Shown here piece after piece: positions 1-30,930 of a stretch of 64,000 nucleotides of DNA. The DNA comes from Macrostomum lignano (lineage: Eukaryota), in the NCBI GenBank assembly GCA_002269645.1, contig NIVC01000223.1, positions 34,661 through 98,660 on the forward strand. Direction: 5' to 3'. Every line of letters begins with the position of its first letter. Position 1 is the first letter of the stretch. The position numbers and the translations under genes are program-made. The notes under the pieces are model-generated. The model was given only the letters and a program-made list of their open reading frames with translations, was not told where the DNA came from and did not search any database.

Positions 1-150
1 ACTCTCCCTCTCTCACCCTCTCACTCTCCCTCTCTCACCCTCTTACTCTCCCTCTCTCACCCTCTCACTCCCTCTCACCCTCTCACTCTCCCTCTCTCAC
101 CCTCTCACTCCCTCTCACCCTCTCACTCTCCCTCTCCCTCTCTCTCTATC

Positions 151-226
<76 letters not shown>

Positions 227-410
227 TCCCTCACTCTCCCTCTTTTGTCTCACCCTCTCACTCTCCCTCTCCTCTCTCCCTCCTTCCCTCTCCCCCTCAC
301 TCTCCCTCTCTCCTCTCCCCTCTCATTCCCTCTCCCCGCTTACTCCCTATCCCTCTCACTCCCTCTCTTGTCTCACTCCCCCCGTCACTCCCTCTCCTCT
401 TTTCTCCTCT
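1..410. repeat. CT-rich array: 22-bp ACTCTCCCTCTCTCACCCTCTC units grading into (CT)n
   Basis: Direct inspection. Confidence 0.9.
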
Positions 411-784
411 CTTCTGCGCCAATTTCGCTTCGTTAGCAACTTTGCACGCCAAACTCTATACAATGAGCTCCTTGGCACATCCACGAAATTCCAGTTGCCA
501 ATCTATCCGTTCTTCCACCTCTCATCTGCCCAGCTCCGAATGTCTTCTCCACACCAGCCCAAGCTAACTGGGTATTTCGATAATTAATCTTATTTGGTCG
601 CTTAGATTTTTGTATACTGTCGATTGCATTGCGGCCAAGCAGTTAGCGACATTGCTGCTGTGTTACTTGTCTATATTCTTTCTGCACTGGTTCACGCCTC
701 GCGTCTTGTCCTGTATTGAAGCGCGCGGTTCCTTATCTATTCTTGTTTTTATCCTTTATCTATTCTCCTTGTTGTGCATCTAAT

Positions 785-1115
785 ATGGTCTGAATTCTAG
801 TGTCTATTCTCCACTCTAGTATCTCATCTATTCTCCTATCTAGTATCTTATCTATTCTCCCCTCTGGTACATGTATCTCATCTATTCTCCCATCTAGTAT
901 CTCATCTATTCTCCCATCTAGTTTCTTATCTATTCTCCCATCTAGTTTCTTATCTATTCTCCCATCTAGTATCTCATCTATTCTCCTCTCTATTATCTTA
1001 TCTATTCTCCCCTCTAGTATCTTATCTATTCTCCCATCTAGTATCTCATCTATTCTACCCTCTAGTATCTCATATATTCTCCTCTCTAGTATCTCAGCTA
1101 TTCTCATCTAGTGTC
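785..1115. repeat. 24-bp minisatellite TCTATTCTCCCATCTAGTATCTCA
   Basis: Source of the RIDEILDG / SILPSSIS repeat ORFs. Confidence 0.9.
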
Positions 1116-3164
1116 TCATTTTTTGTCCGTAATTTTCTCCTATTTATCTATCATATTCTCTATTTGTTCCTCTGCTCATGATCCTCAGTTTCTCCCTATC
1201 CCAAGTCTCCAAAATCTGGCGTCTCAGCCACTCGGACACACACGCACATGCACACGCAAATTTCACTTTCGAATGGATCCCTTGCTTGTTCCGCACACTC
1301 GATTTTCCCTGACAGGCAGGCCTTCTTCAACCAGGATCGCCAATGCCCCCCCCCCTGCCAACCCTAGCAACTCAAGAAATATTCCCGCGAAATCTGATCG
1401 AATTTCTAGCCGCTCTGATTATCGATTTTAATGGCCTCCAGCGCTGGAAAACTGTGGAATCAATCTGCTGCTAGAAGGAGCAGATTTCTAGCCCCCAAGC
1501 CCCCTCGTTTCTTTGAGTCCGCCGCCGCCTTCTACACTTTCTGCCCCCCCCCCTCTTGTCATCTCCTGTCCTCCTGTCCCCCGCCTTTCCGATGAAAAAC
1601 CAATTTATATCCTCTATCTTGGCCTTCAGTTGAGAATATACTCAACTGCAGTGTCTAACTCTCTTGTCTAGCTCATAATGTTGCGACTGTCTTCTCTCTT
1701 CATTTTTTTGAAGGCCGTGTTTTTTTCAGGTAAACCTGGACCTTGGGCCCTTATACCGGCAGTTGCAGAGTTCTAGTTGCAACACAGATATGCAATCTGA
1801 AATCATCAGTTCATCCTACATAGCTAAGCATTAAAGAAAACGAGGCGACATCTGTCTGTAACCAGTGGTAAATCTGTCCGTTCCGCTGACTCAGCCAGCA
1901 GCTGCTCTGCCACTTAATATCAAGCGTTAATTTAAGTACAATTGAACTTCAAATGCTTGACTGACAGGCATAAAATATCTATAGATTTTTTAGCCAGGCC
2001 ACTGATGGATGTAAGACACGATGGCTTCCCGGTTGCTATGCAGAGTGCATGAGAGGTATCGCGCTACAGAAGAAGCAAAACCCGAAAGATGCGAAGAATT
2101 GAAATCTAAGCCTGACAAGGACAGCAGGCAGTCCCGCCGTGCCCTGCACGGAAGATCTGGCCCAGCTGTTGCAGAATCTGCTTTTTCGCGTCGTCTCCTT
2201 TTGATGAATAAAAAGAAACCATAATGACGGACCGTTCATTCATTCGTTCGCAGGAAATTTGGTGGATTTTTGCTTTAAAGGGAAACGACATTGGAAGCTA
2301 TAACACAGGAGCTGAGGAAAGTACAGTCCAGCTATAGGCGTCAGTCATTTGATGCAACAGGTATTGAAGCCACTTGAGAGAATTTTAGTATCCTTGACGA
2401 CTCCAGAAGCCTGATTGAAGAATATTTCTCTTAAATCTTCAACATATTGGGGATATTTAAATGGTCCATTGTGCGACTTAACATAGTACATAGGGATTCT
2501 GGTCTCCTGAAAAAACTGCGCAGAAAAAATGCAAAAGAATGTCTGACCAACATTTTTTGTTCGGAAACTGGAACAACCGTACAGACTTTGAATGGATGAT
2601 TTTGGGAAATTTTCGGGATTGCAGCTGTTTTCGAAGGCCCTTCCTTGTTTGTTCTTGACGCTCAGCTGTACCTTACATAGGGATCATCAGCATTGGTAAT
2701 GATTATCTAAGCGGACGTGTTCTAGCGGGGGGTGGGTCAGGGCTTAGGGGTCTTAAGGGTAACCGACGCGCTGCAGTTTAGATCTGAAGCTTCAAGAAGA
2801 CCGTGAGGTCCAGAGAAGAAAGTATTTCTTCTTTCAGAAGCAGCAGCAGCTGCTTCTATGAAGGGGAATGAAGGTTTCTTCCACTTTTTAAAGAAAAAAA
2901 TCCGAGTTACTTTTTCCTGCTTAAACAGACGGCATAACGTATGTTCAAGGATTCATTGAAGCCGTATTCTGTAAATCTGTGTCATTGTTCACTTGTCGGA
3001 CTTCATCAGTCAGTCAGTCACCTAGTTGACAATAGACAAACGTATTCTTAAATTGGAACAAAATAATTTTAAGAAAAATGGTTTCCTTTACATTCATTGA
3101 TCGAATTTGAATCAACTTTGCTTCAATTGGTCCATCTTTCTTTGGGGATTTGCGATATTGGAGC

Positions 3165-3435
3165 TCGGATCGGGATTTGGGATCAGAGATCGGGGATCTG
3201 GGATCTGGGATCTAGGATTGGGGTTCTGGGATCTGGGATCTGGGATCGGGGATCTGAGATCAGGAATCGGGGATCTGGGATCTGGGATCAGGGATCTGGG
3301 ATCGGGGATCGGGGATCAGGGATCAGGGATCGGGGTTCTGGGATCTGGGATCTGGGATCGGGGATCTGGGATCGGGGATCTGAGATCAGGGATCGGGGAT
3401 CTGGGATCGGCGATCGGGGATCGGGGATCTGGGAT
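3165..3435. repeat. 7-bp GGGATCT/GGGATCG satellite
   Basis: Direct inspection; same family as the arrays at 13712-17860. Confidence 0.92.
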
Positions 3436-4356
3436 GTTTTGGTTTCTTCCTGACTAATCACATTATGTCTACATCCATAATAGGGGGTTGAATATGAAAC
3501 CTCTATAATGGGCTGAATATGAAACCTCTATAATGGGCTGAATATTAAACAGTTTAATAAAGCTCCAATAACTACAATGGTTTAAGTCTTACAAAACAAG
3601 CCTTTCTTCTAGGATTAAGTTCGGACCTTGCTTTCTATAGTTGTGGAGCCAACTCTGCTAGACAGACTCAATATATCCGTGAGTCGAGGGACGAGCTAAT
3701 AGCCTAGGATAGAGTTGGGATGGGGATAAAGAGACATGAATAGGCCAGACCATGCAGATATAAAATTAATAGCCCTAGCAAATTCATGGAGCAGACCGGC
3801 TTTAAATTGCATTTGAGCTGCAGTTTATTGCCAGCCGCACACTTTGGGCTGGCGGGTGGTGGGGAGATGACAGCGAATATTGGGAGGAAAAGTGTATTAC
3901 TAAGCTGAGCGCATAGTCTACTGCAGTGTCAACACAGCCCAAAAGTGGCTTAATATATAATAGTACTTAATTAAGGCGAGGCTGTAAAATTAGTAGAAAA
4001 AAAGATTAAATTGTTCACTTGGGAATTATTGGCACCGTCTGTGTTTAAAAAGGGGAAGGTTGAGGTCAGCTGGGTTCAGCACAAACTTTTATATATTCTT
4101 TTGAAAAGATATCAATCTCAACTTTAATGATATTAGAAATGGAGTCAGTATCCCAGTCAATGGCATCAAAGTTAAAAAGATTCCATGTCAAAGTGTGGGC
4201 TGTGTTTAATTAAAAATGTGTCATCGCTGAAGGCTGAATAGATATGCCTTTTGGTGTGAACAATTGTGACTGTAGCTCGTAGACTTCCGAAGGGTTTTGC
4301 TATAGAAAGCAGTTTTTTTATAGTAGACAGTGTTGGTAGATAGGTTTCGGTAGAAA

Positions 4357-4960
4357 GTGATGTGTCTGTGGTAGACAATGGTGTGTCTGTGGTAGACAAT
4401 GATTTGTCTGCGGTAGACAATGATGTGTCTGTGGTAGACAAGGATGTGTCTGCAGTAGACAATGATATCTCTGTGGTAGACAATGATGTGTCTGTGGTAG
4501 ACAAGGATGTGTCTGTGGTAGACAAGGATGTGTCTGCAGTAGACAATCATCTCTGTGATAGACAATGATGTGTCTGTGGTAGACAAGGATGTGTCTGCAG
4601 TAGACAATGATATCTCTGTGGTAGACAATGATGTGTCTGTGGTAGACAAGGATGTGTCTGTGGTAGACAAGGATGTGTCTGCAGTAGACAATCATCTCTG
4701 TGATAGACAATGATGTATCTGTGGTAGACAATGATGTGTCTGCAGTAGACAATGATATCTCTGTGGTAGACAATGATGTGTCTGTGGTAGACAATGATGT
4801 GTCCGTGGTATACCACATGAATCGTCTGCGCTAGACAATGATGCATTTGTGTGGTAGACAATGATTTGTCTGCGCTAGAAAATGATGCATTTGTGTGGTA
4901 GACAATGATTCGTCTGCGCTAGACAATGATGCATCTGTGTGTTAGACAATGATGTGTCTG
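4357..4960. repeat. 21-bp minisatellite TAGACAATGATGTGTCTGTGG
   Basis: Source of the STTDTSL repeat ORFs; ends about 115 bp upstream of the protocadherin ATG. Confidence 0.95.
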
Positions 4961-5075
4961 TGCGGTAGGCACAGGCAGCTATTTTAATGTCGACAAAGAA
5001 CTTTTAAAATAAAGAGCACACACTATCTCACCACTGTGAAACATACCAAAATATTTCTCGCAGAGCGCCAACAGC

Positions 5076-21562
<16,487 letters not shown>

Positions 21563-21711
21563 CGGACGCCATGTGCTGTGAAATTCAGGACTTGATTGAG
21601 TTAATTCGTGCGACTAAGGGTTTTAGATATCATTTTTAGGTCGCGGTGACTGCAAATTACTGAGAGTTAAGGTGAGATTAAGGGAGATAGATGCATCTAG
21701 AGATAAGCGAA

Positions 21712-22490
21712 AGCTGTGGGAGATAAAGGGAGAGACAGTGAGAGATGAAGGGAGAGCCAGGGAGAGATGAAGGGAGAGACTGGGAGAGATGAAGGGAGAG
21801 ACAGTGAGAGATGAAGGGGAGACAGTGAGAGATGAAGGGAGAGACAGTAAGAGATGAAGGGAGAGACAGTGAAAGATAAAAGGAAAAAACAGTGAGAGAT
21901 GAAGGGAGAGACAGTGAGAAATGAAGGGGGAGAAAGAGGTGAAGGAAGAGACGGTTAGAGATGAAAGGAGATACAGTGAGAGATGAAGGGAGAGACAGTG
22001 AGAGATGAAGGAAGATAGAGTGAGAGATGAAGGAAGATAGAGTGAGAGATGAAGGAAGATAGAGTGAGAGATGAAGGGAGAGACAGTGAGAGATGAAGGG
22101 AGAGACAGTGAGAGATGAAGGGAGAGACAGTGAGAGATGAAGGGAGAGACAGTGAGAGATGAAGGGAGAGACAGTGAGAGATGAAGGGAGAGACAGTGAG
22201 AGATGAAGGGAGAGACAGTGAGAGATGAAGGGAGAGACAGTGAGAGATGAAGGGAGAGACAGTGAGAGATGAAGGGAGAGACAGTGAGAGATGAAGGGAG
22301 AGACAGTGAGAGATGAAGGGAGAGACAGGGAGAGATGAAGGGAGAGAAAGAGGTGAAGGAAGAGACGGTTAGAGATGAAAGGAGATACAGTGAGAGATGA
22401 AGGGAGAGACAGTGAAAGATAAAAGGAAAAAACAGTGAGAGATGAAGGGAGAGACAGGGAGAGATGAAGGGAGAGATAGAGATGAAGGAA
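21712..22490. repeat. 22-bp minisatellite AGTGAGAGATGAAGGGAGAGAC downstream of the protocadherin stop
   Basis: Direct inspection. Confidence 0.95.
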
Positions 22491-23264
22491 GACAATTTAG
22501 AAACATTTCCGAATTTAGCGCAGTCTCCCCTCATTTATAGTACTTACATGTATAAACCGCAATATTTTCCATTGTTTGAAAAAAACAAAGCTATTTTTGT
22601 TATAAAAAAGTAATTTTTCAAATTTTCATACCTATATACTCAAATCCGCTTTTCAAACTTGCTCTAACAAAAATTTCAGTTTAATTTGCTTTTCTGCCCA
22701 AGTCTAAATTTTTCGCTTCTGCAAATGCTGCTACTAACAGTAATTGAATGTATTTTAATATTTTTATTGTTGTCACTAATCTGTCTGTGAACAAAAACAG
22801 CTGCTTTTAACTTTCACGCCGAATTGTGAAACTAGAAAAAATTCGCCACAGACTCACCTAAAAAGCATTTTTGTAAAGCCTTTGCATATAAGCGATTACT
22901 AAAACAGCATATCGCACTACTTAATCCTACTTCTATTTGATAGTAGTATAAAATGCGCATCAATATTGTTTTATTTGTATTGTGTTAGCTTATTGGCAAT
23001 AATTTCTTTGGAAAAATGATTAAATTTTAGTTCCACTTATTATGTGAATTAAGTGCATGTTTATTATTCGAATTCTCTAAGCTTAATTTTATGAACTTTT
23101 TGTCACCGCGCGTTTAAAGTTTAACCAATACAAAATTTTAAATATACTGCCAATATAATGCTGACTCTGATGCTGCAATAATTGCTTTTAACAGCTGCGT
23201 ACCAGAGTCTGCATGGAATAAAATATTTCCTTGCTATTAAAAGATTTTTTTTCTTTTTTCTTTG

Positions 23265-23450
23265 CTCAAGGACTCACGACATGGGGGTTGGGGGTTCGAT
23301 TCCCGATCCCACTGGAACAATTTGTGTCCCTGAGCAAGACACTTAACTCTGCATTGCTTCAGTTCACCCAGCTGTAAAATGGGTGCCAGCATTAGCTGGG
23401 ATAATTGAGGCTGTGTGTGGCGACCCCCCAGTCCTTGGATTGAACAGCCG
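23265..23450 (+). mobile_element. tRNA-derived CORE-type SINE copy, 5'-truncated
   Basis: Pol III B box GGTTCGATTCC at 23293-23303, followed by TGTGTCCCTGAGCAAGACACTTAACTCTG..CAGCTGTAAAATGGG (23323-23383), closely resembling the MIR/CORE central domain. No A box seen. Confidence 0.75.
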
Positions 23451-23520
23451 TACGCAGCCTTCAGATGCGCTGCGCAATAGCTGCGGCTGAGCTGTCGGTT
23501 GCACATCTGCCCATTAGTAG

Positions 23521-24155
23521 ATCCTCAGATCCTCAAATCCTCTGATCCTCATCCTCAGATCCTCAAATTCTCAGATCCATAAATCCTCAAATCCTCAAAT
23601 TCCCTGATCCTCAAATTCTCAAATTCTCAGATCCTCAAATCCTCAGATGCTCAAATCCTCAGATTAATTAGTCCTCAAATCCTTAAATTCTCAAATCCTC
23701 AGATGCTCAAGTCCTCAGATTAATTAGTCCTCAAATCCTTAAATTCTCAAATTCTCAGATCCTCAAATCCTCAGATCCTCAAATCCTCAGATTAATTAGT
23801 CCTCAAATCCTTAAATTCTCAAATTCTCAGATCCCCAAATCCTCAGATGCTCAAATCCTCAGATGCTCAAATCCTCAAATTCTCAGATCTTCAGATCCTC
23901 AGATGCTCAAATCCTCCAATTCTCAGATCCTCAAATCCTCAGATCCCCACATTCTCAGATTCTCAGATCCCCGAATTCTCAGATTCTCAAACTCTCAGAT
24001 CCTCATTCTCAGATTTCAAAATTCTCATCCTCAAATCCTCAGATCCATAAATCCTCAAATCCTCAAATTCTCAGATCCGCAATTGCTCAAATTCTTAGAC
24101 CCTCAGATCCTCAGGTCTTTAGATTCTCAAATCCTCAATTTTTAGAATTCTTCAG
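23521..24155. repeat. 9-bp TCCTCAGAT/TCCTCAAAT/TTCTCAAAT array
   Basis: Direct inspection. Confidence 0.9.
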
Positions 24156-24639
24156 ACCCCATGCTGATCTGCCAAACCCATTATATCCCAATTTTCTCCC
24201 AAGAATTATCCCGTCATTCATTTTCCTTGCGAGATTCCCCATTCCATTTTCACGACCCCATCGTTCATTCAGCCATGCAGTTTATCGTTGTGCCGGTTTT
24301 AAAGTGAATGGGATTCTATTCCCAAAGCGATCAGACTCTGTTGCAGTTGTGGCAGAACTCTAAAAGTACACCACACACTGGCTCGCGCCTGCAGTGTGAC
24401 ATGGTTACTAAAAATTTTTTTCGCTCTATCGAACTGAAACTCTGAACCAAACAGCGAGTCATGCCTCTCCCGCGCTCTGTGACAGCTCGGTAATACGCGA
24501 GTAGAAAATTTATGACTCTAAAATAACTGGAGCGAATCACAAATGGGTTGCCGGCAGTCCAGTGTAGTGGAGCATGGACTTCAATCATTTGACTACTGTC
24601 ACGACTGCATTGATCGGTATTGTGAATAAATAGTCAAAG

Positions 24640-25625
24640 CTGTGTCAGATAGGGCCTCATTTTGTGTCAGATAGTGTCTCATTTTGTGTCAGATAGAGTT
24701 TCATTTTGTGTCAGATAGAGCCTCATTTTGTGTCAGATAGAGCCTCATTTTGTGTCAGATAGTGTCCCATTGTGTCTGCAGATAGAGCCTCATTTTGTCT
24801 CAGATAGTGTCTCATTTTGTGTCAGATAGTGTCTCATTTTGTGTCAGATAGAGTTTCATTTTGTGTCAGATAGAGCCTCATTTTGTGTCAGATAGAGCCT
24901 CATTTTGTGTCAGATAGTGTCCTATTGTGTCTGCAGATAGAGCCTCATTTTGTCTCAGATAGTGTCTCATTTTGTGTCAGATAGAGCCTCATTTTGTGTC
25001 AGATAGTGTCCCATTGTGTCTGCAGATAGAGCCTCATTTTGTGTCAGATAGAGCCTCATTTTGTGTCAGATAGTGTCTCATTTTGTGTCAGATAGAGCCT
25101 CATTTTGTGTCAGATAGTGTCTCATTTTGTGTCAGATAGAGCCTCATTTTGTGTCAGATAGTGTCTCATTTTGTGTCAGATAGAGCCTCATTTTGTGTCA
25201 GATAGAGCCTCATTTTGTGTCAGATAGAGCCTCATTGTGTCTGCAGATAGAGCCTCATTTTGTGTCAGATAGAGCCTCATTTTGTGTCAGATAGTGTCTC
25301 ATTTTGTGTCAGATAGAGCCTCATTTTGTGTCAGATAGTGTCTCATTTTGTGTCAGATAGAGCCTCATTTTGTGTCAGATAGAGCCTCATTTTGTGTCAG
25401 ATAGAGCCTCATTTTGTGTCAGATAGAGCCTCATTTTGTGTCAGATAGAGCCTCATTTTGTGTCAGATAGAGCCTCATTTTGTGTCAGAGGGTAGGTTAT
25501 TTAAGTCAGATAGAGCCTCATTTTGTGTCAGATAGAGCCTCATTTTGTGTCAGAGGGATCGGTTATTTGTGTCAGATGGACCTATTACTTGTGTCAGATA
25601 GAGGCATGACTTGTATCAGGAAATG
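24640..25625. repeat. 22-bp minisatellite AGATAGAGCCTCATTTTGTGTC
   Basis: Direct inspection. Confidence 0.97.
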
Positions 25626-26619
25626 AATAGTTTGTGTCAGATAACTGAATACCCGCTGCCAAACAGCTTCAATAACTTTGTCTCAGTGACAGAAGAATAC
25701 ATGAAAACTTAGATAATGTTCAAGACTGCAAGCTCTCTCTATGTGCTGTCAATCAAATTATAAGAATGGCATTCTCTAAGAGTCGCTCCTGCCCCCCGCA
25801 GTTTAAATGTACAAGTCAACAAAAAGCTTCCAATACTTTCTACGGAGAATAAATTCTCCTTATTACTAAATTAGTTTCCTCTTAATCTCTTCTGATTATG
25901 GGATCGCAGATCTATAAACAGAATGCTCGATAATTTGACTCTGCACTGTACTGTACTGTATTTGCGTGGAGGGTTTGGGTTCGGGCAGTTAGGGAGTTCT
26001 CCCCCAGGCACTGAGATGCATGCGATGTACAGCCAGTCGCGTTGATAGCAGTACAGGGGGACAAAATGTACACGCGCAGTAACCCCCTTCTCGCCTTGAA
26101 TCTTCCTCACCCTCCCGAGTTCCTCCCTTCTCGACTCAATCTAATCTCTCTCTCCCCTGAACTGTACATTGGAGAATCTGTTTGAGAGGCTAGAATTTGA
26201 GTTGGAAGGGCGAGGGCCTGAAAATTCCTAATTCTCTATTCCCAATATAGTGAAGCTCCGTGTGTTTTTATAACTTGCTGCTTGGGCAGGTCAAACTGCA
26301 AAGTCAGAATATCTCTTGTAATAACTTGTTAAAAATACGAGGTTGAATTTGTGCGCGATTTGTTTAATTCTACATTCTCTTTTATCTATAGAGAGGCGAC
26401 GACAAACAGATAACTTCTTCCGGTGAGATTGCTGTTCTTTTTTTATTGCTTTCGTAATTTCTTGCTAGTTGGCGAAAATTCTGCACCGGAAATTGCTTTG
26501 AACTGCCGCAGTTGCTTGTTTGTGCAGACGGGAAGTACCAGTAGGTAGAATAGAAGCGGTTAAACTACCTGTATAGGCATCCATTTGCCTGCATGGCAGT
26601 GTAGATATGCTATCTGTTT

Positions 26620-27362
<743 letters not shown>

Positions 27363-27818
27363 GCCCATGACTGTCCCGATACTGTAAGCCCCTTCTCATT
27401 ATCACCCATTATCTCATAGCCTGTTTCTCTTGCACCGCATTTTACAACAGGCTCTGATCACAATTGCAAATTGTAAAACAGGTTCACTCCAACCGCGCCA
27501 GGAGACCAGAGTTAACAGGGGCGGCAAGTGCGCAGAACAACCCCACCTCTCCTCCCGATTCGCAATTTGCAGGTATTCATGCAGATTGTGGAATTAAGAT
27601 TGTGGACAGGTTTTGGCGCACGAGCGTCAAAGAAGACAAACAAAGTTTTTGTAGATGTGTGGGGTAGCGGGTCATTACAGGCAGGTCAGGCCTATAAAGT
27701 TTAGGTTTACCACTGCGGCGGGACATGCACCATTAAGCAAGAACTGTTGTGACATTGTGCAATATTAATTGAACTTCAGTCTCCTGAAGTAAATATTGTG
27801 ATTGCCGATTTTGCAACA

Positions 27819-28561
27819 ATGTCGCTCAGTGCGTCGCCTTACTTGGCTGGGCAGCCCAGGTGAGGTTCGCAATCCTCTGGATTCAGGTCCATCAGACCCT
27901 CAGGTCCCTCAGACGCTCAGGTCCCTCAGACGCTCAGGTCCCTATGACCCTCAGGTCCCTCAGACCCTCAGGTCCCTATGACCCTCAGGTCCCTCAGACC
28001 CTCAGGTCCCTCAGACAATCAGGTCCCTATGACCCTCAGGTCCCTCAGACGCTCAGGTCCCTCAGACCTTCAGGTCCCTATGACCCTCAGGTCCCTCAGA
28101 CCTTCAGGTCCCTCAGATCCTCAGGTCCCTCAGACCCTCAGGACCCTCAGACCCTTACTCCAAATCCAAACCCTCAGGTCCTCAAATTCTTAAATCTTCA
28201 GGGCCTCAGACTCTTACCCTCAGGCCAGTGTGACTACTCATTCTCCCCCATCTTTCGATCCCCATCGCTCGCAGATCCCAATCCATGATGGAGCCGCTGC
28301 ACGAGTGCCAGACGGAGGCGGACCAGCAGATTCTGCAGAATCCTCCCCATCAACGACCGCATCAGCAGCCCCATCATCACCTGCCTTACCTGCACCGTCA
28401 GCGAGACTATTCAACGACCTCCTCGGCGAGTCAGATTGGCAGCGGCGTCAGTAGGAGCAGCTCGCGCGTTTCGTTTGCCACTTCTCAGCGAGACAGCAGC
28501 AATCTGGACGATGTGCTGGAGCAGCTGAACACTGAGCTGGGCAGCTTGCGGAAGCAGCACG
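27819..28561 (+). CDS. Two small 5' coding exons (27819-27859, 28275-28561), probably the N-terminus of the DLC-type RhoGAP and/or the polyQ protein
   Basis: ATG 27819 with A at -3; AG|GTGAGG donor (phase 2) matches acceptor CTCGCAG|A at 28275, giving MSLSASPYLAGQPRSQSMMEPLHECQ. Ends at CACG|GTAGGC (phase 1). Encodes LD-like LDDVLEQL. Confidence 0.65.
27885..28225. repeat. 9/18-bp CCCTCAGAC/CCTCAGGTC array in intron 27860-28274
   Basis: Direct inspection. Confidence 0.9.
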
Positions 28562-28585
28562 GTAGGCCGGATCCAAGTTTGGTGA

Positions 28586-28990
28586 CAGACAACCACCTCA
28601 TTAAAATAGACAACCACCTCATTCAAATAGACAATCACCTCATTCAAATAGACAACCACCTCATTCAAATAGACAACCACCTCATTCAAATAGACAACCA
28701 CCTCATTCAAATAGACAACCACCTAATTAAAATAGACAATCACCTCATTAAAATCGACAACCACCTACTTAAAACAGACAACCACCTATTTAAAATAGCC
28801 AACCACCCCATTAAAACAGCCAACCACCCCATTAAAACAGCCAACCACCCCATTAAAACAGCCAACCACCCCATTAAAACAGTCAACCACCCCATTAAAA
28901 AAGACAACAAGGTAATTAAAATAGACAACTACCTACCAAAAAAAGACAACCATCTCATCAGGATAGACGACCAATTAATTAAAATTGACA
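28586..28990. repeat. 21-bp minisatellite AAATAGACAACCACCTCATTC
   Basis: Source of the IDNHLIQ repeat; begins about 25 nt after donor 28562. Confidence 0.93.
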
Positions 28991-29654
28991 CCAGCTTCCA
29001 ACCATAATAATCAAACCTATGGGTATTAAAAAAACTTGAAAACGCCTCTGAAAAAAGTACTCACTAAAACATGCTTTAGTACTAACAGTAAGCGTTTCTG
29101 CAGCTAATTTCAATAATAAACTTATAGCTTCAATACAATATTAATATTTCTGCAGAGAACTTGCGCTGCAAAGTGAAATCAATGCTTTAACTACATGTCG
29201 CAACGAAAATCTGTTCTCTCCCAGAGCTGACTCATGCACGGTATCGATACAATCAATGTGCAGCCATATTTAGTGTAGAAGAACATTAGTAACCATTGCA
29301 TACAGTTCAATGTAGCAAACTATACTCTTAGCTAGCAATAAAATATAGCTGTTTGCGCACCCCAGAATCGATAATGTGTTGGCCAATTTATTAAATCAGA
29401 GAAGCCTACATAGCAATATATAATATATGGATTAATCTCTAAGAGGGAACATTTAAGCCTAGAGAGAGACTAAGCAGAACCGCATTTTCAGACTGTTACT
29501 GTAGACTTTATTTTGCAGAATTAAATATTTAACTAATAATGATGCCACGGGACAGGGCTGAGCGCTCTCAGCCTGTGCTCATTAGTAAGTGCTCAGCATT
29601 TTATTTATTGGCTTGTTTTTTCTAATCATTTATGACGTCCAGGAGGCTGGCGAC

Positions 29655-30930
29655 TTCTCATCTGTCTCTCCCTCTCCTCTCAGTGTCTCCCCATCTCCGT
29701 GTCCCTCTCTCTCTCCTCTCTGTGTCTCTCTCTCTCCTCTCCGTGTCGCTCCCTCTCCTCTCTGTGTCTCTCCATCTCCTCTCCGTGTCTCTCCCTCTCC
29801 CTCTCCGTGTCTCTCCCTCTCCTCTCCGTGGCTCTCCCTCTCCCTCTCCGTGTCTCTCCCTCTCCTCTCAGTGTCTCTTTCTCTCCTCTCGGTGTCTCTC
29901 CCTCTCCTCTCAGTGTCTCCCCATCTCCGTGTCCCTCTCTCTCTCTTCTCTGTGTCTCTCTCTCTCTCTTCTCCGTGTCTCTCCCTCTCCTCTCCGTGTC
30001 TCTCCATCTCCTCTCCGTGTCTCTCCCTCTCCCTCTCCGTGTCTCTCCCTCTCCTCTCCGTGGCTCTCCCTCCCCCTCTCCGTGTCTCTCCCTCTCCTCT
30101 CAGTGTCTCTTTCTCTCCTCTCGGTGTCTCTCCCTCTCCTCTCAGTATCTCTCCCTCTCTTCTCAGTGTCTCTTTCTCTCCTCTCGGTGTCTCTCCCTCT
30201 CCTCTCATGTCTCTCCCTCTCCTCTGCGTGTCTCTCCCTCTCCTCTCCGTGTCTCTCTCTCTCTCCTCTCCTTGTCTCTCCCTCTCTTCTCAGTGTCTCT
30301 CCCTCTCCTCTCCGTGTCTCTCCCTCTCCTTTCCGTGTCTCTCCCTCTCCTCTCAGTATCTCTCCCTCTCCTCTCAGTATCTTTCCCTCTCCTCTCAGTG
30401 TCTCCCCCTCTCCTCTCCGTGTCTCTCCCTCTCCTTTCCGTGTCTCTCCCTCTCCTCTCAGTATCTTTCCCTCTCCTCTCAGTGTCTCTCTCTCTCCTCT
30501 CCGTGTCTCTCCCTCTCCTCTCAGTGTCTCTCCCTCTCCTCTCAGTGTCTCTCCCTCTCCTCTCAGTGTCTCTCCCTCTCCTCTCAGTGTCTCTCCCTCT
30601 CCTCTCAGTGTCTCTCCCTCTCCTCTCAGTGTCTCTCCCTCTCCTCTCAGTGTCTCTCCCTCTCCTCTCCGTGTCTCTCCCTCTCCTCTCCGTGTCTCTC
30701 CCTCTCCTCTCAGTGTCTCTCCCTCTCCTCTCCGTGTCTCTCCCTCTCCTTTCCGTGTCTCTCCCTCTCCTCTCAGTACCTTTCCCTCTCCTCTCAGTAT
30801 CTCTCCCTCTCCTCTCCGTGTCTCTCCCTCTCCTCTCAGTGTCTCTCCCTCTCCTCTCAGTATCTTCCCTCTCCTCTCAGTGTCTCTCCCTCTCCTCTCC
30901 GTGTCTCTCCCTCTCCTCTCGGTGTGTCTC
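29655..30930. repeat. 21-bp pyrimidine-rich minisatellite TCTCCCTCTCCTCTCAGTGTC
   Basis: Direct inspection. Confidence 0.95.

Noticed and set aside
2021-2950. Coding-looking unique sequence with splice-like sites on both strands
   Set aside because: All frames I tried hit stops within about 60 codons and I recognise no domain. It may be a TE or gene relic; needs tblastx.
23293-23303. tRNA gene suggested by GGTTCGATTCC
   Set aside because: No A box, cloverleaf or acceptor stem; it is followed by a SINE CORE domain.
28562-29007. IDNHLIQ heptad repeat as a coding coiled-coil or LRR
   Set aside because: It begins just after a good donor (G|GTAGGC) and is a 21-bp intronic minisatellite. A retained-intron form is not excluded but is unsupported.
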